DNA of 64,000 nt, from NCBI GenBank assembly GCA_043228905.1, contig JBHGNT010000016.1, positions 9,734,001 through 9,798,000 on the forward strand, read 5' to 3'. The position numbers were made by a program, and so were the translations under genes. Below are positions 1 through 11,899 of the stretch, in pieces. The notes beneath the pieces were generated by a model, which saw only the letters and a program-made list of their open reading frames with translations, ran no database searches and was not told where the DNA came from. The stretch comes from Azolla caroliniana. Its lineage: Eukaryota; Plantae; Polypodiophyta. Every line of letters starts with the position of its first letter. Positions within the stretch are counted from its first letter, which is position 1.

Positions 1-3000
1 CTTGCATATCCCAAAGAAAGTTTTGCGTACTTCGCAACTCATCATGATGTATATTAACATCAATTGGGGCTCGTGGCTAAAAACCATACATCAACATAGA
101 AGGACTATATCCCATCGACGTATGCTTGGAGCTGTTATAAGCAAACTCTAGAATTGCGAGATAACGTTCCCATTTTGTTGGTTTTGCACCAACATATGCT
201 CGACGCATGTCCTCAATAATTTGATTTACTCGTTCTCTTTGTCCATCGGATTGAGGATGATCCGTTGAGCTCATGCTCAACATAGTTTCTAACTTCTTAA
301 AGACTTGCGTCTAGAAGTCACTCGTAAATTTTGGATCTCGGTCACTCACGATATCCATCGGTAACCCATAAAAACGAAATAACTTGTCAACGAATTGGTA
401 AGCCAATTCAGGAGTTGTTACCGTGGTTTTAGTAGCAATAAATCTGGCCATTTTAGTTAGTCTATCAACCACAACCCAGATGGCATCATGGCCTTTTTGG
501 GTGCGAGGAAGGCTAACAATAAAATCCATGGATATACTTTCCCACTTATTATTGGGAATGTCCAAGGGATGTAAAAGTACTGCGGCTTTAAGTCGCTCGG
601 CTTTGTTAACCTAACATTGGTGACAATTAGTCACATAGCTATGTATGTCAGGACGCATCTTAGAACAATAAAATTGAGTGGAGATGAGAATGAGTGTACG
701 ATGTATTCCAGGGTGCCCTGTTGAGGGTGCATCATGGCATTCAAAAAGAATCCTCTTTTTGACCTCGGGTAAATCTAGAACACAAACCGTCCCATTACGG
801 TAGAGTAGACCGTTAGCAATGCGTAAGTATTCCTTCGAGGATGTGGTGGTGTCTGTTCCAGACTCAACTCTTGCCCAGTATTTTGCAAAATAACTGTCAT
901 CATGATACTTTACTCGAAGGTGATCATAAAGATCTGATGATATTTCAGTGAAGTTAAGCATATTAACTTCACGGATGTGACTTAGTGCATCGGCGACAAT
1001 GTTCGTGGAACCTTTACGATATCGTATGGAAAAATCAAAGTCTTGGATGAGATCAGCCCATCGTGCCTTACGATCTTTCAGGTCTTGTTGGTCACAAAAA
1101 TATTTCAAGGACTCGTGGTCCGTAGTTACCACAAAGCGATTTCCATAAAGATAATGGCGCCATGTTTTGAGCGCATGTATAACTACAAATAATTCCTTTT
1201 CTTGAACAGTATACCAACATTGAGCAGTATCAAGTTTCTTACTCTCGAATGCTATTGGTTTACCATCTTGATATAACACAACACCTATAGCATAATCGCT
1301 TGCATCGGTTTCAACCTCAAAAGGTTTCGAAGGATCGGTAAAAGAAGTGAAGGAGCCTTGCAAACCAGGTCCTTGAGTTCCTTAAAGGTCAGGTCTAGTG
1401 TAGCATTCCACACAGTAGGTTTTGTAGACTTACACGTTTGACCTTTTAGAAAATCAATCAACGGGGTTGTCAATTGGGAGTAATTACAAAGAGATTTTCG
1501 CAAAAACCCAACAAAACCAAGGAATGATCGAACTTCTCGAATATTCCAAAGAGTGGGCCAAAGCTTGATTTTCTCGATGCGAGAAGGATCAATTTCAACT
1601 CCTCGTTCGGTTATGAGATGTCCAAGATAAGTAATTGATTTCTTGAAGAACTCACATTTTGAGATCTTTGCATAAAATTGTTTGTTACGCAATGTTTGTA
1701 AAACAAAGCGGACATGTTTAGCATGTTCTTGTAATGTACGGCTATAAACTAAAATATCATCCAAGAAAATAATGACAAATTTTCTAAGTTGTTCTCGGAA
1801 AATGGCATTCATTTCTCGTTGAAATGTAGTCGGAGCATTGGTCAAACCAAAAGGCATAACCAAAAACTCGTAATGGCCATAGCACGTACGAAATGTCGTT
1901 TTAGGAACGTCGTCCTCACTTATACAAATTTGATGGTAGCCAGTACAGAGGTCAAGTTTCGTAAAATATCGAGCTCCCTGGAGACGGTCAATTAGATCGT
2001 TAGCCCGGGGCAATGGATACAAATTCTTGATCGTCACTTTATTCAAGCGTCGGTAATTAATACACATACGCCATGTGCCCTCTTTCTTTTTAACCAAGAG
2101 AACTAGTGCACCCCATGGAGATTTACTATAACGTATATAACCCATTCGTAAATAGTCCTTGAGTTGCTTAGATACCTCATCCTCTTCGGATCGACTTAAG
2201 CGATAAGGAGGTATACTTATTGGTGCAACACTAGGTACAATATCTATACGATGGTCTATATTACGTTTAGGAGGTAACCCATCTGGTAGTTCGCTTGGAA
2301 AAACATCACGAAAATCATTTAAGATTTCATCAAGTTGTTGTTGTTCAAAATATGTTAATTGAACCGAGACATTATCGATATTGTAAACGTGAATGTCTGG
2401 ATCAAGTACACAATAAAATAGAGTAGAACAAGACAAGTCGGATATTGATGGACACGAGGAAACAATAGAGAGGGATTGTTTTTTGACACATTGAATAAAA
2501 TGAGTACAAAAGTTATTAAATGATGAACCCAATCAATAAATAAAGAAGAGTTTTTATTATAAAACTAGGGATAACCCAATATTACATCGGTGGTACAAAG
2601 ATTCATTACATGGAAGTCTACTTCCTCTATATAAGTATCAATAGAAATTCCTAATGAATGAATCGCCCCGTTGATGTATTGTACTCTTCCATCAGCCAAG
2701 TGCACCGTGTAGGTGTGATCACTTACGATGGGTTGGATTCCCCATATCTAAACCAAATGATCATTGACAAAGTTATGTGAGCTTCCCGAATCAAATAAAA
2801 ATTGTACAGGAGATCCATTGATATACCCGTTTGCACGTAGTAAATCATTGGGACCCAATACATAGTGAGGGAAAGAACATTGGCAATTACTTAAATGATG
2901 TGTATAGACGTGAAAGACATTAGGAATCTGACCTTTATGGTCTGCTGCTTTAGCTTTGTTGTCGTTCTCTTTCTATTGGAGCTTTCAACATTGCTCTTTT

Positions 3001-3660
3001 GTATGACCCTTCTTTTTGCAGAATACGCAAAAAGGATGTTGTTACTTATAATCGCGATCCATGAATTCGTTGGGTGTCTTGCGTTTCCCAACGAATTGCG
3101 ACTGCTTAGTCCTGGGCACTTCGTTGGGTTTATTGTGGTCCTTCTTCGAAGTGCGTTGATAGCGAAGAACTATTTCAACGGCCTCTTCGAAGGATTTTGG
3201 ATCCTTATCGTGCACTATCCAGTGATAATCCGAATTGGGGATGCCATTGACAAAACAAGATATTAACCAGTTGTCCCCTTCTAGACCCGATTTTTGGATT
3301 TGGGTTCTAGCATGGTGGACATAGTCTTCTAGCAAGGAAAATTTCCGACTAGAGAGGTTCATTAAAGCTTGGGTTGACTCAGTTCGAGAGGGAGGTTGCA
3401 AAAATTGACCCTTAAAAACTGTGACAAAATCTGTCCAGGTATTAGGCAATTTCCCCAAAGTACGGAGCCCACGCCACCAGGCAGCAGCCTTACCCCCTAG
3501 TTCTCGGCCGACATATGCAATCTTCGTACTATCTGGCGTGGGATAGAGCTCAAAATGAGACTCCCATCGGCCCAGCCACGTGCAGATTGCTTCTTCTGTT
3601 CTTTCATTTTTTTCTCCCGTAAATGGCTTAACGACAAACGATGGTTCCCCCTGTCACTCA
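1..3660 (-). pseudogene. Gypsy gag-pol (gag, PR, RT, RNase H, IN) with frameshifts and stops
   Basis: ORFs 3042-3458, 1285-2532, 611-1363, 311-565 and 77-283 carry consecutive domains in changing frames. Confidence 0.9.
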
Positions 3661-4309
3661 TCAGGTCTCGTAAAAGAAACATATATGCTTTTTTAAAAAG
3701 AAACATATATGTCAAGAGTCCTTATTTCACCCTCATTTACTACAACTATGTTGGTACGTTACCTAACCTCAAGTCTTGTAATTACGATGACATACGCCAA
3801 AGTGCAACGTAATGGTCAAGCCAAATGAGCCCTCTTTTTGTAGTAGGCCCAAGTGGCCCATCACATGGTCATGTCATTACGAATGCCTCTCGTAAGAATG
3901 ATCTCATGGTGGCATCGTATCCATGTAATGAGGGAGGGATGTTGGATACGTGTGTCACAGGAGCGACCTCACATGAAGTGGGTCAAGCCCTACGTACTCA
4001 ACATCATTATGGCTATAGGAGTTTCTTTACGTAATAAAATCGAAGTCACCAACGGGGATTTCAACAATAAAAAATTGTTGAAAAAAGGGATGGTGACAAC
4101 GCTATTCTCACAAAAATGTGAGGACGGCCACCAAGATCCTTTCCCCGAAAAGGAAAACATTCGATTTAAAATCACGTAATAACTTTTATACACATATGTA
4201 TATTATCACATATATACGATCAACTACGTATACATGTGACCACATATGCCTATATTAAACAAATCGTTATATTTAATAGCCAAAAATGACATAATCGAGA
4301 TACGTAATC

Positions 4310-4536
4310 GAGGCATATACCTCTACGCACACGAGACATCCAAAAATAAGGGTTAATCGTAATACGCAATTGAGGTATTGACCTCTTACGCATATAATTT
4401 CCAATGAATCGAGGTATTGACCTCATACGCAAACGTAACATATGTTTGTGAACGTAATACACAATTGAGGTATTAACCTCGTGCTCATACGGCACTCATC
4501 ACATATTCAATATACGTCAAATGAGGTATTGACCTC
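4310..4536. repeat. Five copies of the palindromic 14-mer GAGGTATTGACCTC in the Gypsy 5' leader
   Basis: Copies at 4310 (variant), 4372, 4411, 4467 (variant) and 4523. Confidence 0.85.
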
Positions 4537-4783
4537 ATACACATATGTAAACGTTTTATACAACCAATTAATTACCACTACAACATCATTGAATTAATGA
4601 AAACAATTACATATAGACTATACACATGATTAGATGGGAGAAGAAAATATAGAAAGAAAAAAAGAAAAGGAAAGAGTTACCGAAGTTCCTTTGTTGATCG
4701 TTGTCTGGATCAAGGCCGACCACACATCGATCGATCACCTTCAATCAACAAAACAAAATACAACAACATAAACATTAGCACAT

Positions 4784-4797
4784 TAGCTCGGATACCA
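4784..4797 (-). promoter_or_regulatory. Primer binding site (tRNA-iMet type)
   Basis: TGGTATCCGAGCTA on the minus strand, 2 nt from the LTR end (..TCTAACA). Confidence 0.85.
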
Positions 4798-5209
4798 ACT
4801 GTTAGAGACATGAACTAATGTAAGCATTAGATAAGGATAGAATATAGATAGAAAGATAGAAAGGAGAGAGAGAAAGAAGGGTGCCGATCTACCCGACCAC
4901 CCCCGAGCGAAGGGATCAAGACGGACTCGAGCCTCGATCGGCGTCCCATACCACCGCCGTGGCGTCGAGTCGTACCTGGTGTTGGCCCGCTCACCACAAG
5001 AGTTGGCCCACCACAAGACAGAGTCTCGACGTAGTCAACAAGATGATCAAATGAAGGTAGCTAGGCCTCTTATTTATAGCGATACCCAAGGCCCCCAGGC
5101 AAGTTCACACTTGGCCTAAAGGGTTGTCTCAATCCCGAGTATTAAAAGTAATCCTCCCCTTCTTTACACTCTCGTTTAACCCTCACACTTATCCACATGT
5201 ATAAAATAC

Positions 5210-5501
5210 CGTCATGATATGGCAAGACTCGAACCCATAACCTTATGCTATATGGGTCGAGCTCTTGACCATCAAACTATACATTATAATACATAAAATA
5301 TTATTTTCATTTATGTTTTATTATAGAAAATTGATGTATATTCCAGATTTCTCTAGAACATTCTAGAAACTTCAGGAGTATTCCTTAGAACACTATAAAA
5401 GGAGGCACGAGGCATTATTTCGAACCAAATCGGTTCAACGCCAGTCTTAAGCCTCCTAAGCTACTACTGTACATTCTCTTCACATAATATATATCTTTTC
5501 T

Positions 5502-5562
<61 letters not shown>

Positions 5563-5661
5563 TCACTCACTCTTTCCTTCTCTCGAGAGTTCTTCACCTC
5601 TCTTAGTACTAATATTTCTTTTAGTACTAATTCCTTCTCTGTCTTAGTACTGTTCCTGACA
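5210..5661 (+). repeat. 5' LTR of the Tcn1-like element (TATAAAA 5394-5400; (CT)n tract)
   Basis: Direct repeat of 10471-10918; first base is C instead of T; ends TGACA. Confidence 0.95.
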
Positions 5662-5754
5662 GTTTGAACCGATTTTGTTGATCTTCCTTTCCTCCTCTTC
5701 CTTTCCTCCTTTTCCTTTTATCTTCTTATTAATCCTCTTATCCTCCCTAGTAAA

Positions 5755-6894
5755 ATGGAAATTGTTAGCGCTCAGGAATACCAATCTGTTTTCTCGGAGC
5801 TCCAGTGCTTAAAAGAGAAATTTGTAGCACTAGAACAAGAAAATCATCGCTTGTTGGGGGATCTTCAACAAATAGCGCTGGAAAAACAACAACACGGGGA
5901 GCTGACACTACGTGTACAACAACTCGAAGCGACTATCATATCATTACAACAACAAGGATCAAGCACTCAAGGGATTCACAAAGAACCCAAGATCGGTCTT
6001 CTTGCAAAATTTGATGGGACCCGATCACAGTTTAGAGGGTTTTTGAATCAGGTACGTTTAGTGATACAAATGCATCCTTCTCGATATCTCACCGATGCAT
6101 CACGAGTGGGACTAGTAGGCACTCTCCTTAGTGGCTCAGCGTTAGCATGGTTTGCTCCATTGTTGGAAAAGGATTCTCCATTATTAACCAATTTTGAAGA
6201 ATTTATAAGTGAGTTTAAGGCCTGTTTTGGAGATACTGACAGCATAAGGACTGCAATCAACAAAATCCGGTGATTACGCCAAGGTGATCGTCCAGCTTCC
6301 GCATACGCTGCAGATTTCCGCCTACTCGTTGCCGATATCCCTTGGGATGATCACGCATTGATGGAGCAATTCCGTTATGGCTTACGCAACGATGTCAAGG
6401 ATTTACTCTTGACCTTCCCCGAAGAGCCAAAGTCATTAACAGAAGCAATTAGTCGCGTGGTGAGATGCGATAACCGCCTCTTCGAACGACGTTCGGAACG
6501 ACAATTCCAGATTCCGAGGGCAAGATTAGAGCCTACCTATGCCTCAGTGGTAGCGAAACCTTTTCCGAGGGAGTCATATAATGCGCCTCCAGCAAGTACT
6601 CCAACTCCAATGGAAATTGACACCACACGTCGTCGTGGACCGCTATCGGAAGAAGAAAAGCAACGACGCCGAGCAAACCGACTATGTCTTTATTGCGGTG
6701 GACCAGGGCATATCGCGGTAAACTGTCCCCATAGGCCAAGAAGGCAGGTAAACCAAATAGTTGCTAGTTCTGATTGTACTAAACCCGAGTCTATTTCAGT
6801 AGGGATATCTGATAGTCCTAATAGTACTAATAGCCCAAATCTAGCGAACAAATTTGATGTCCTTAGTCAGTTAGAAGAAGAGTTAAATGACTAA
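5755..6894 (+). pseudogene. gag (PEG10/sushi-like capsid plus CCHC knuckle) with one premature TGA at 6271
   Basis: KEPKI..KFDGTRSQFRGFLNQ, LLSGSALAWF, PTPMEID, CLYCGGPGHIAVNC; ORFs 5755-6273 and 6358-6894 share a frame. Confidence 0.93.
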
Positions 6895-6920
6895 GTCCAG
6901 CCAAAATAGGAGCCGTTTGG

Positions 6921-9900
6921 TTGGACAACCCTAGATCTGTGCAGCCCATTAGTGGTTCCATTCCCTCTAAGCAAGTTAGCAATGTGTTCGTAGCCCAAGT
7001 AACAGTTAGTACTAAAAGTACTCCTCCAGTACATGTCTTAGCACTTCTAGATTCCGGAGCTAATTCTTGCTTCATGGATAGGAAATTTGCCCAAGCTCAT
7101 CAGATATCTCTCAGAAAACTCCCGTGTCCTGCCCTTGTAGTAGTCATCGATGGTCGTCCCATTGCCTCAGGAAATATCATAGAAGAGTCAGAGCCCGTCA
7201 ATGTTGTCCTAGATAATCTAGCATGTGTCATATCATTTAATATAATTAGCATCCCAGAACACCCCATTGTCTTAGGATTACCATGGTTCAAATTACATAA
7301 CCTAGACATAGATTGGCGGACAAGAGAAATCCGGCATCGAAAAGCCCGAGGGTCTACTCATGAGATTGCAACGATTTCACTACATCAGTTGCGTGAGGAA
7401 GGATGCAAGGAAGAAATGTTCCTCTTTGCAATATCAGTAAACCCCTCCAGCACCACTAAAGAGGATTCCACCATTCAACTTCCAGAGAAGTATCATCAGT
7501 ATGCCGATGTGTTTGATAAAGTACAAGCCAGTACGCTTCCTCACCATCGACCATATGATTGCCCCATCGATTTACAACCGGGGAAAGAGCCACCTTGGGG
7601 ACCGATCTACAATTTGTCACCAACCGAACTGGAAGTCCTTCGAGCCTATTTAGAGGAAAATTTGGAGAATGGTTTCATACGACATTCGAAATCTCCAACC
7701 GACGCACCCATTTTCTTCGTCAAGAAAAAGGATGGCTCACTTCGGCTCGTTGTAGATTACCGTGGCTTGAATAAGGTTACAATCCGAAATAGGTATGCAC
7801 TCCCCCTTATCTCAAGTCTTTTAGAACGGATCAATGGTGCCAGGTTCTTCACGAAGATCGACTTATGGGGAGCCTATAACCTCGTACGGATCCGACCAGG
7901 AGATGAATGGAAGACCGCGTTCCGCACCAGATATGGGCATTTCGAGTATACGGTTATGCCGTTCGGCCTCACTAATGCGCCAACAGTCTTCCAGCACATG
8001 GCAAATGATATTTTCCGAGATCTCTTGGATGTGTGTCTAATCATCTATTTGGATGATCTACTGGTTTACTCGAAGACCCAAGAAGAGCATGATTCTCATG
8101 TACTGTTAGTACTAAAACGACTTCGAGAACATGGTCTCTATGCAAAGTTGGAAAAATGTAGTTTCGGGTGCAACCAGGTGGAATTTCTCGGCTATGTCAT
8201 TTCCTCAGAAGGCATCTCCATGGACCTAGCTAAGGTCAAAACGGTGGTAGAATGGCAAACTCCGCGTTCGGTGCGGGATGTGCAATGCTTTCTAGGCTTT
8301 GCCAATTTTTACCGGAAGTTTATAAAGGATTACTCAAAGCTCGTTTTGCCTCTAACACAACTTACTAGGAAGGGACAGTCGTTCGTTTGGTCTAAAGAAG
8401 CGGACATGGCTTTTGAGAATCTTAAACAGGCATTTACATCGGCTCCGATTCTAGCTCACGTTGATCCAGAAAAACCATTCACCATCGAAGCGAACGCATC
8501 GAATTTTGCATTGGGAAGCATTCTATCGCAACGAGGTAATGATGAAAAGCTACATCCTGTGGCTTTTCACTCACGCAAGTTTGACGCCGCCGAAATCAAC
8601 TACGAAATTCATGATAAAGAGCTATTGGCTATAGTGGACTCTTTTATGCAATGGAGGCATTTTCTAGAGGGATCTTCTCATCAAGTCATTGTATTTAGTG
8701 ACCACAAAAACCTCGCCTATTTTCAAGACGCTCGTGTGTTAAATCGACGTCAAGCTCGGTGGGCCCATTTTCTCACGCGTTTCGACTTCAAGATTACATA
8801 TCGACCTGGGAAACATCAAGGGAAAGCAGATGCATTATCACGACGTTCGTACCTAGCACCGCGTCCCGGTGAGCCGGCTTTCGATAACCAAAAGCAAGTA
8901 ATCTTGGGACCGGCACGACTGCAAGCAACACAAGTCTTTGGCATGCCCATGGATTCCCATGTTATCGATATCATACGTGTGGACCTGAAGACAAATGCTT
9001 TCACCCAAGCTATACTAGCACAAATTGATCCCTCTCGAGCGTCGTGTTCACAGTCGCAACCACCAGGTACGGACTATCGGCAATTCAAATACCATGATGG
9101 ATTACTCTTCTTTAAAGAACTTTTGTATGTTCCTAATGGTTCTTCCCACCTTCAAGTAGTACAAAACTGTCATGACACATATACAACTGGGCATTTTGGT
9201 AGTACTAAAACATTAGATTTAGTACAACGATCATTCTGGTGGCCCCGTATGCGACAATTTGTCGAAGATTTTGTTCGGACTTGTGACACATGCTGCAGAG
9301 CAAAAATACCAAGGCATCATCCATATGGTTTATTAGAACCATTACCAATTCCAAGCAAGCCGTGGCAATCCATTGCTCTAGACTTCATCATAGATCTTCC
9401 AGTCTCTAAGGGGTTCAATGCGATTCTAACAGTGGTAGATCGATATACGAAGATGGCTCATTTTTTGCCATGTACTAAGGAAATCTCCAGTGAAGACACC
9501 GCCGAAATTGTCATGCGTGAAGTATGTCGGCATCATGGACTTCCCGATAGTATCGTCAGCGACCGTGGACCCTAGTTCGTGTCAAAATTCTGGAAGCACC
9601 TTTTTAAAATGCTCAAGGTCACTTGTAACCTCTCCTCCGGCTACCACCCACAAACCGACGGCCAAGCCGAATGAACAAATCAAACGTTGGAGCAGTACCT
9701 GCGGTGCTTTCTCAGCTATCATCAGGATGATTGGGCAGATATTCTCCACTTCGCCGAATTTGCCTATAATAACTCTATCCACGCATCGACTAAAGTTACG
9801 CCATTTTATGCTTATACGGGATGTCATCCCCGGTGGTGTGTACTTGAAACCCCAGAAGTGTCCACAAATCCTTGCGCGGAGGATCGTTTGGAGCGGTTAC

Positions 9901-10445
9901 GCAAGATACAAGCGGATTTAGCTACTCATCTCCAACAAGCTCAGCAAACACACAAGCTTTATGCAGATCGTCATCGACTCCCATCCAGTTTTAACATTGG
10001 AGATCGGGTATGGCTACTCCGACGACACATCAAGACTACTCGCCCATGCGAGAAGTTGGATTATCGGCGATTAGGTCCTTTCCGTATCATAGGAAAGATT
10101 AATGATGTCGCTTTTCGTCTCAATCTACCTCCACAACTTCGGATACATCCGGTGTTTCATAGTTCTCTCCTTGAACCCTATCAAGAGAGCACCATCCCAG
10201 GACGTATTACACAACCTCCACCCCCGATCGAGCTTGAAGATGGACCTGAGTATGAGGTTGCCGCCATCCTTGATTCCAAGATTGTTCGCAACAAGCTCTA
10301 CTATCTAGTCGATTGGCTAGGATATAGTCCCAGTGAGCGTACTTGGGAACCGATAGAGAATGTCACTAATGCTCGTGCACTTCTTGAAGACTTCCATCAT
10401 CAATATCCAGACAAACCGGGTCCTCAATCCAAAACGACTCGTTAA
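6921..10445 (+). pseudogene. pol (protease, RT, RNase H, integrase, chromodomain), in -1 frame relative to gag, with two in-frame stops
   Basis: LLDSGA; YLDDLLVYS; RNase H (SDHKNL); IN zinc finger (H..GH..C..C), ALDFI, SDRG; GPF module; chromodomain YEVAAILD..YLVDWLGY..TWEP. Confidence 0.95.
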
Positions 10446-10470
10446 ACTCGTCGTTTTAAAGGGGAGATAG

Positions 10471-10762
10471 TGTCATGATATGGCAAGACTCGAACCCATA
10501 ACCTTATGCTACATGGGTCGAGCTCTTGACCATCAGACTATACATTGTAATACGTAAAATATTATTTTCATTTATGTTTTATTACAGAAAATTGATGTAT
10601 ATTCCAGATTTCTTTAGAACATTCTAGAAACTTCAGGAGTATTCCTTAGAACACTATAAAAGGAGGCACGAGGCATTATTTCGAACCAAATCGGTTCAAC
10701 GCCAGTCTTAAGCCTCCTAAGCTACTACTGTACATTCTCTTCACATAATATATATCTTTTCT

Positions 10763-10819
<57 letters not shown>

Positions 10820-10918
10820 TCACTCACTCTTTCCTTCTCTCGAGAGTTCTTCACCTCTCTTAGTACTAATATTTCTTTTAGTACTAATTCCTTCTCTGTC
10901 TTAGTACTATTCCTGACA
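10471..10918 (+). repeat. 3' LTR of the Tcn1-like element
   Basis: TGTCATG...TGACA, preceded by the PPT. Confidence 0.95.
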
Positions 10919-10970
10919 AATACTACGGTAAATTCTCACCACGGGATATTATATGGTCATGCCCGTAACA

Positions 10971-11306
10971 GAGACGGTCAATTAGATCGTTAGCCCGAGG
11001 CAATGGATATGAATTCTTGATCATCACTTTATTCAAGCGTCAGTAATTAATACACATACACCATGTTGCTCTCTTTCATTTGTACCAAGAGAATAGGTGC
11101 ACGCCATGGAGATTTACTATAACATATATAACCCATTCATAAATAATACTTGAATTTCTTAGATACCTCATCCTCTTCGGATCGACTTAATCGATACAGA
11201 GGTACACTTATTGGTACAACGCTAGGTACAAGATCTATATGATGGATAGAATACTATAGTACAATCTTACCACGGGATGGATATTATATGGTTAATTCCC
11301 GTAACA
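10971..11306 (-). mobile_element. Older deleted copy of the first Gypsy family (RT fragment fused to an LTR terminus)
   Basis: 10971-11248 is a diverged copy of 1981-2258; 11250-11306 resembles LTR end 10919-10970 (..CCACGGGAT..CCCGTAACA). Confidence 0.8.
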
Positions 11307-11808
11307 GACATGGTGTCATATTGCCCACGCACTACCGCTAATAAGCTCTCCCATAGTTCTGACAATATATCTAAAAGAAGAGGAGTTATGGAATCATATT
11401 GTCTATTACAACGATACTTCCATCAGATTCATAATATAACTGTTGATATACTGTTTTCCATACATGGGCGGGCTGCACGCACTTGCTTGCTGAAAGGGGG
11501 AGAAGCCAAGCCGCCCAAGACAAGAGGAAGAACTTTGTGATGGTCGCTAGGTTTCCTCCATGTCACCGCAATACCAGCATTTATTTGTCTAAGAATGGTG
11601 GCCACATCACATCTCCTTTTCCTTTTCCGTTTCTCTTAAACGTAATGTAATCTCTTCCTTCGCTTTGCCCTTCTTCTTCTTCTTCTTCTTCTTCTTCTTC
11701 TTCTATATATTGGCGACCCTTTCCCTCTGTGCAGGACCAATGATGTGCTCTCATATCGTCATCATCACTCTCGGAGCGTTCATTATCAGAGATCAGAGGC
11801 CTGGAAGA

Positions 11809-11899
11809 CAATGTCTTTCTTTGAACTTGGAGCCCCCTGGAGACGACTGGAAGACACCGTGTTTCTTTGAACTGGGAGCCCCCTGGAGACGATTAGAAG
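11809..11899 (+). repeat. ~48-bp tandem duplication in the probable 5' UTR of the ATOS-like gene
   Basis: TTTCTTTGAACT(T/G)GGAGCCCCCTGGAGACGA occurs twice. Confidence 0.8.

Larger units (their letters stand above)
5210..10918 (+). mobile_element. Full-length Tcn1/Tf1-sushi-like chromovirus (Ty3/Gypsy) with chromodomain
   Basis: Near-identical LTRs 5210-5661 and 10471-10918; TSD AATAC at 5205-5209 and 10919-10923; PPT AAAGGGGAGATAG at 10458-10470; gag-PR-RT-RH-IN-chromodomain order. Confidence 0.96.
1..10970 (-). mobile_element. Ty3/Gypsy LTR retrotransposon (chromovirus-type, tRNA-iMet primed), degenerate; 3' end runs off the window; 5' LTR split by a nested element
   Basis: Minus-strand order is gag (~2880-3660, GKAAAWW...W..F...F), protease (FLFDSGSSHNF ~2790), RT ([10 protein letters not shown]), RNase H ([16 protein letters not shown]) and integrase (CHDAP..GHPG, SMDFI, IVSDRD). 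PBS at 4784-4797. LTR is 4800-5209 plus 10919-10970 with TG..CA ends. Confidence 0.92.

Noticed and set aside
4310-4536. CRISPR-like array (palindromic repeats with spacers)
   Set aside because: Repeats are only 14 nt, spacing is irregular, spacers are partly similar to each other, there are no cas genes, and the context is a eukaryotic retrotransposon leader.
5755-6894. Domesticated PEG10/RTL1-like host gene
   Set aside because: It lies between LTRs with a TSD and has a premature stop, so the similarity reflects shared sushi/Tf1-type ancestry.
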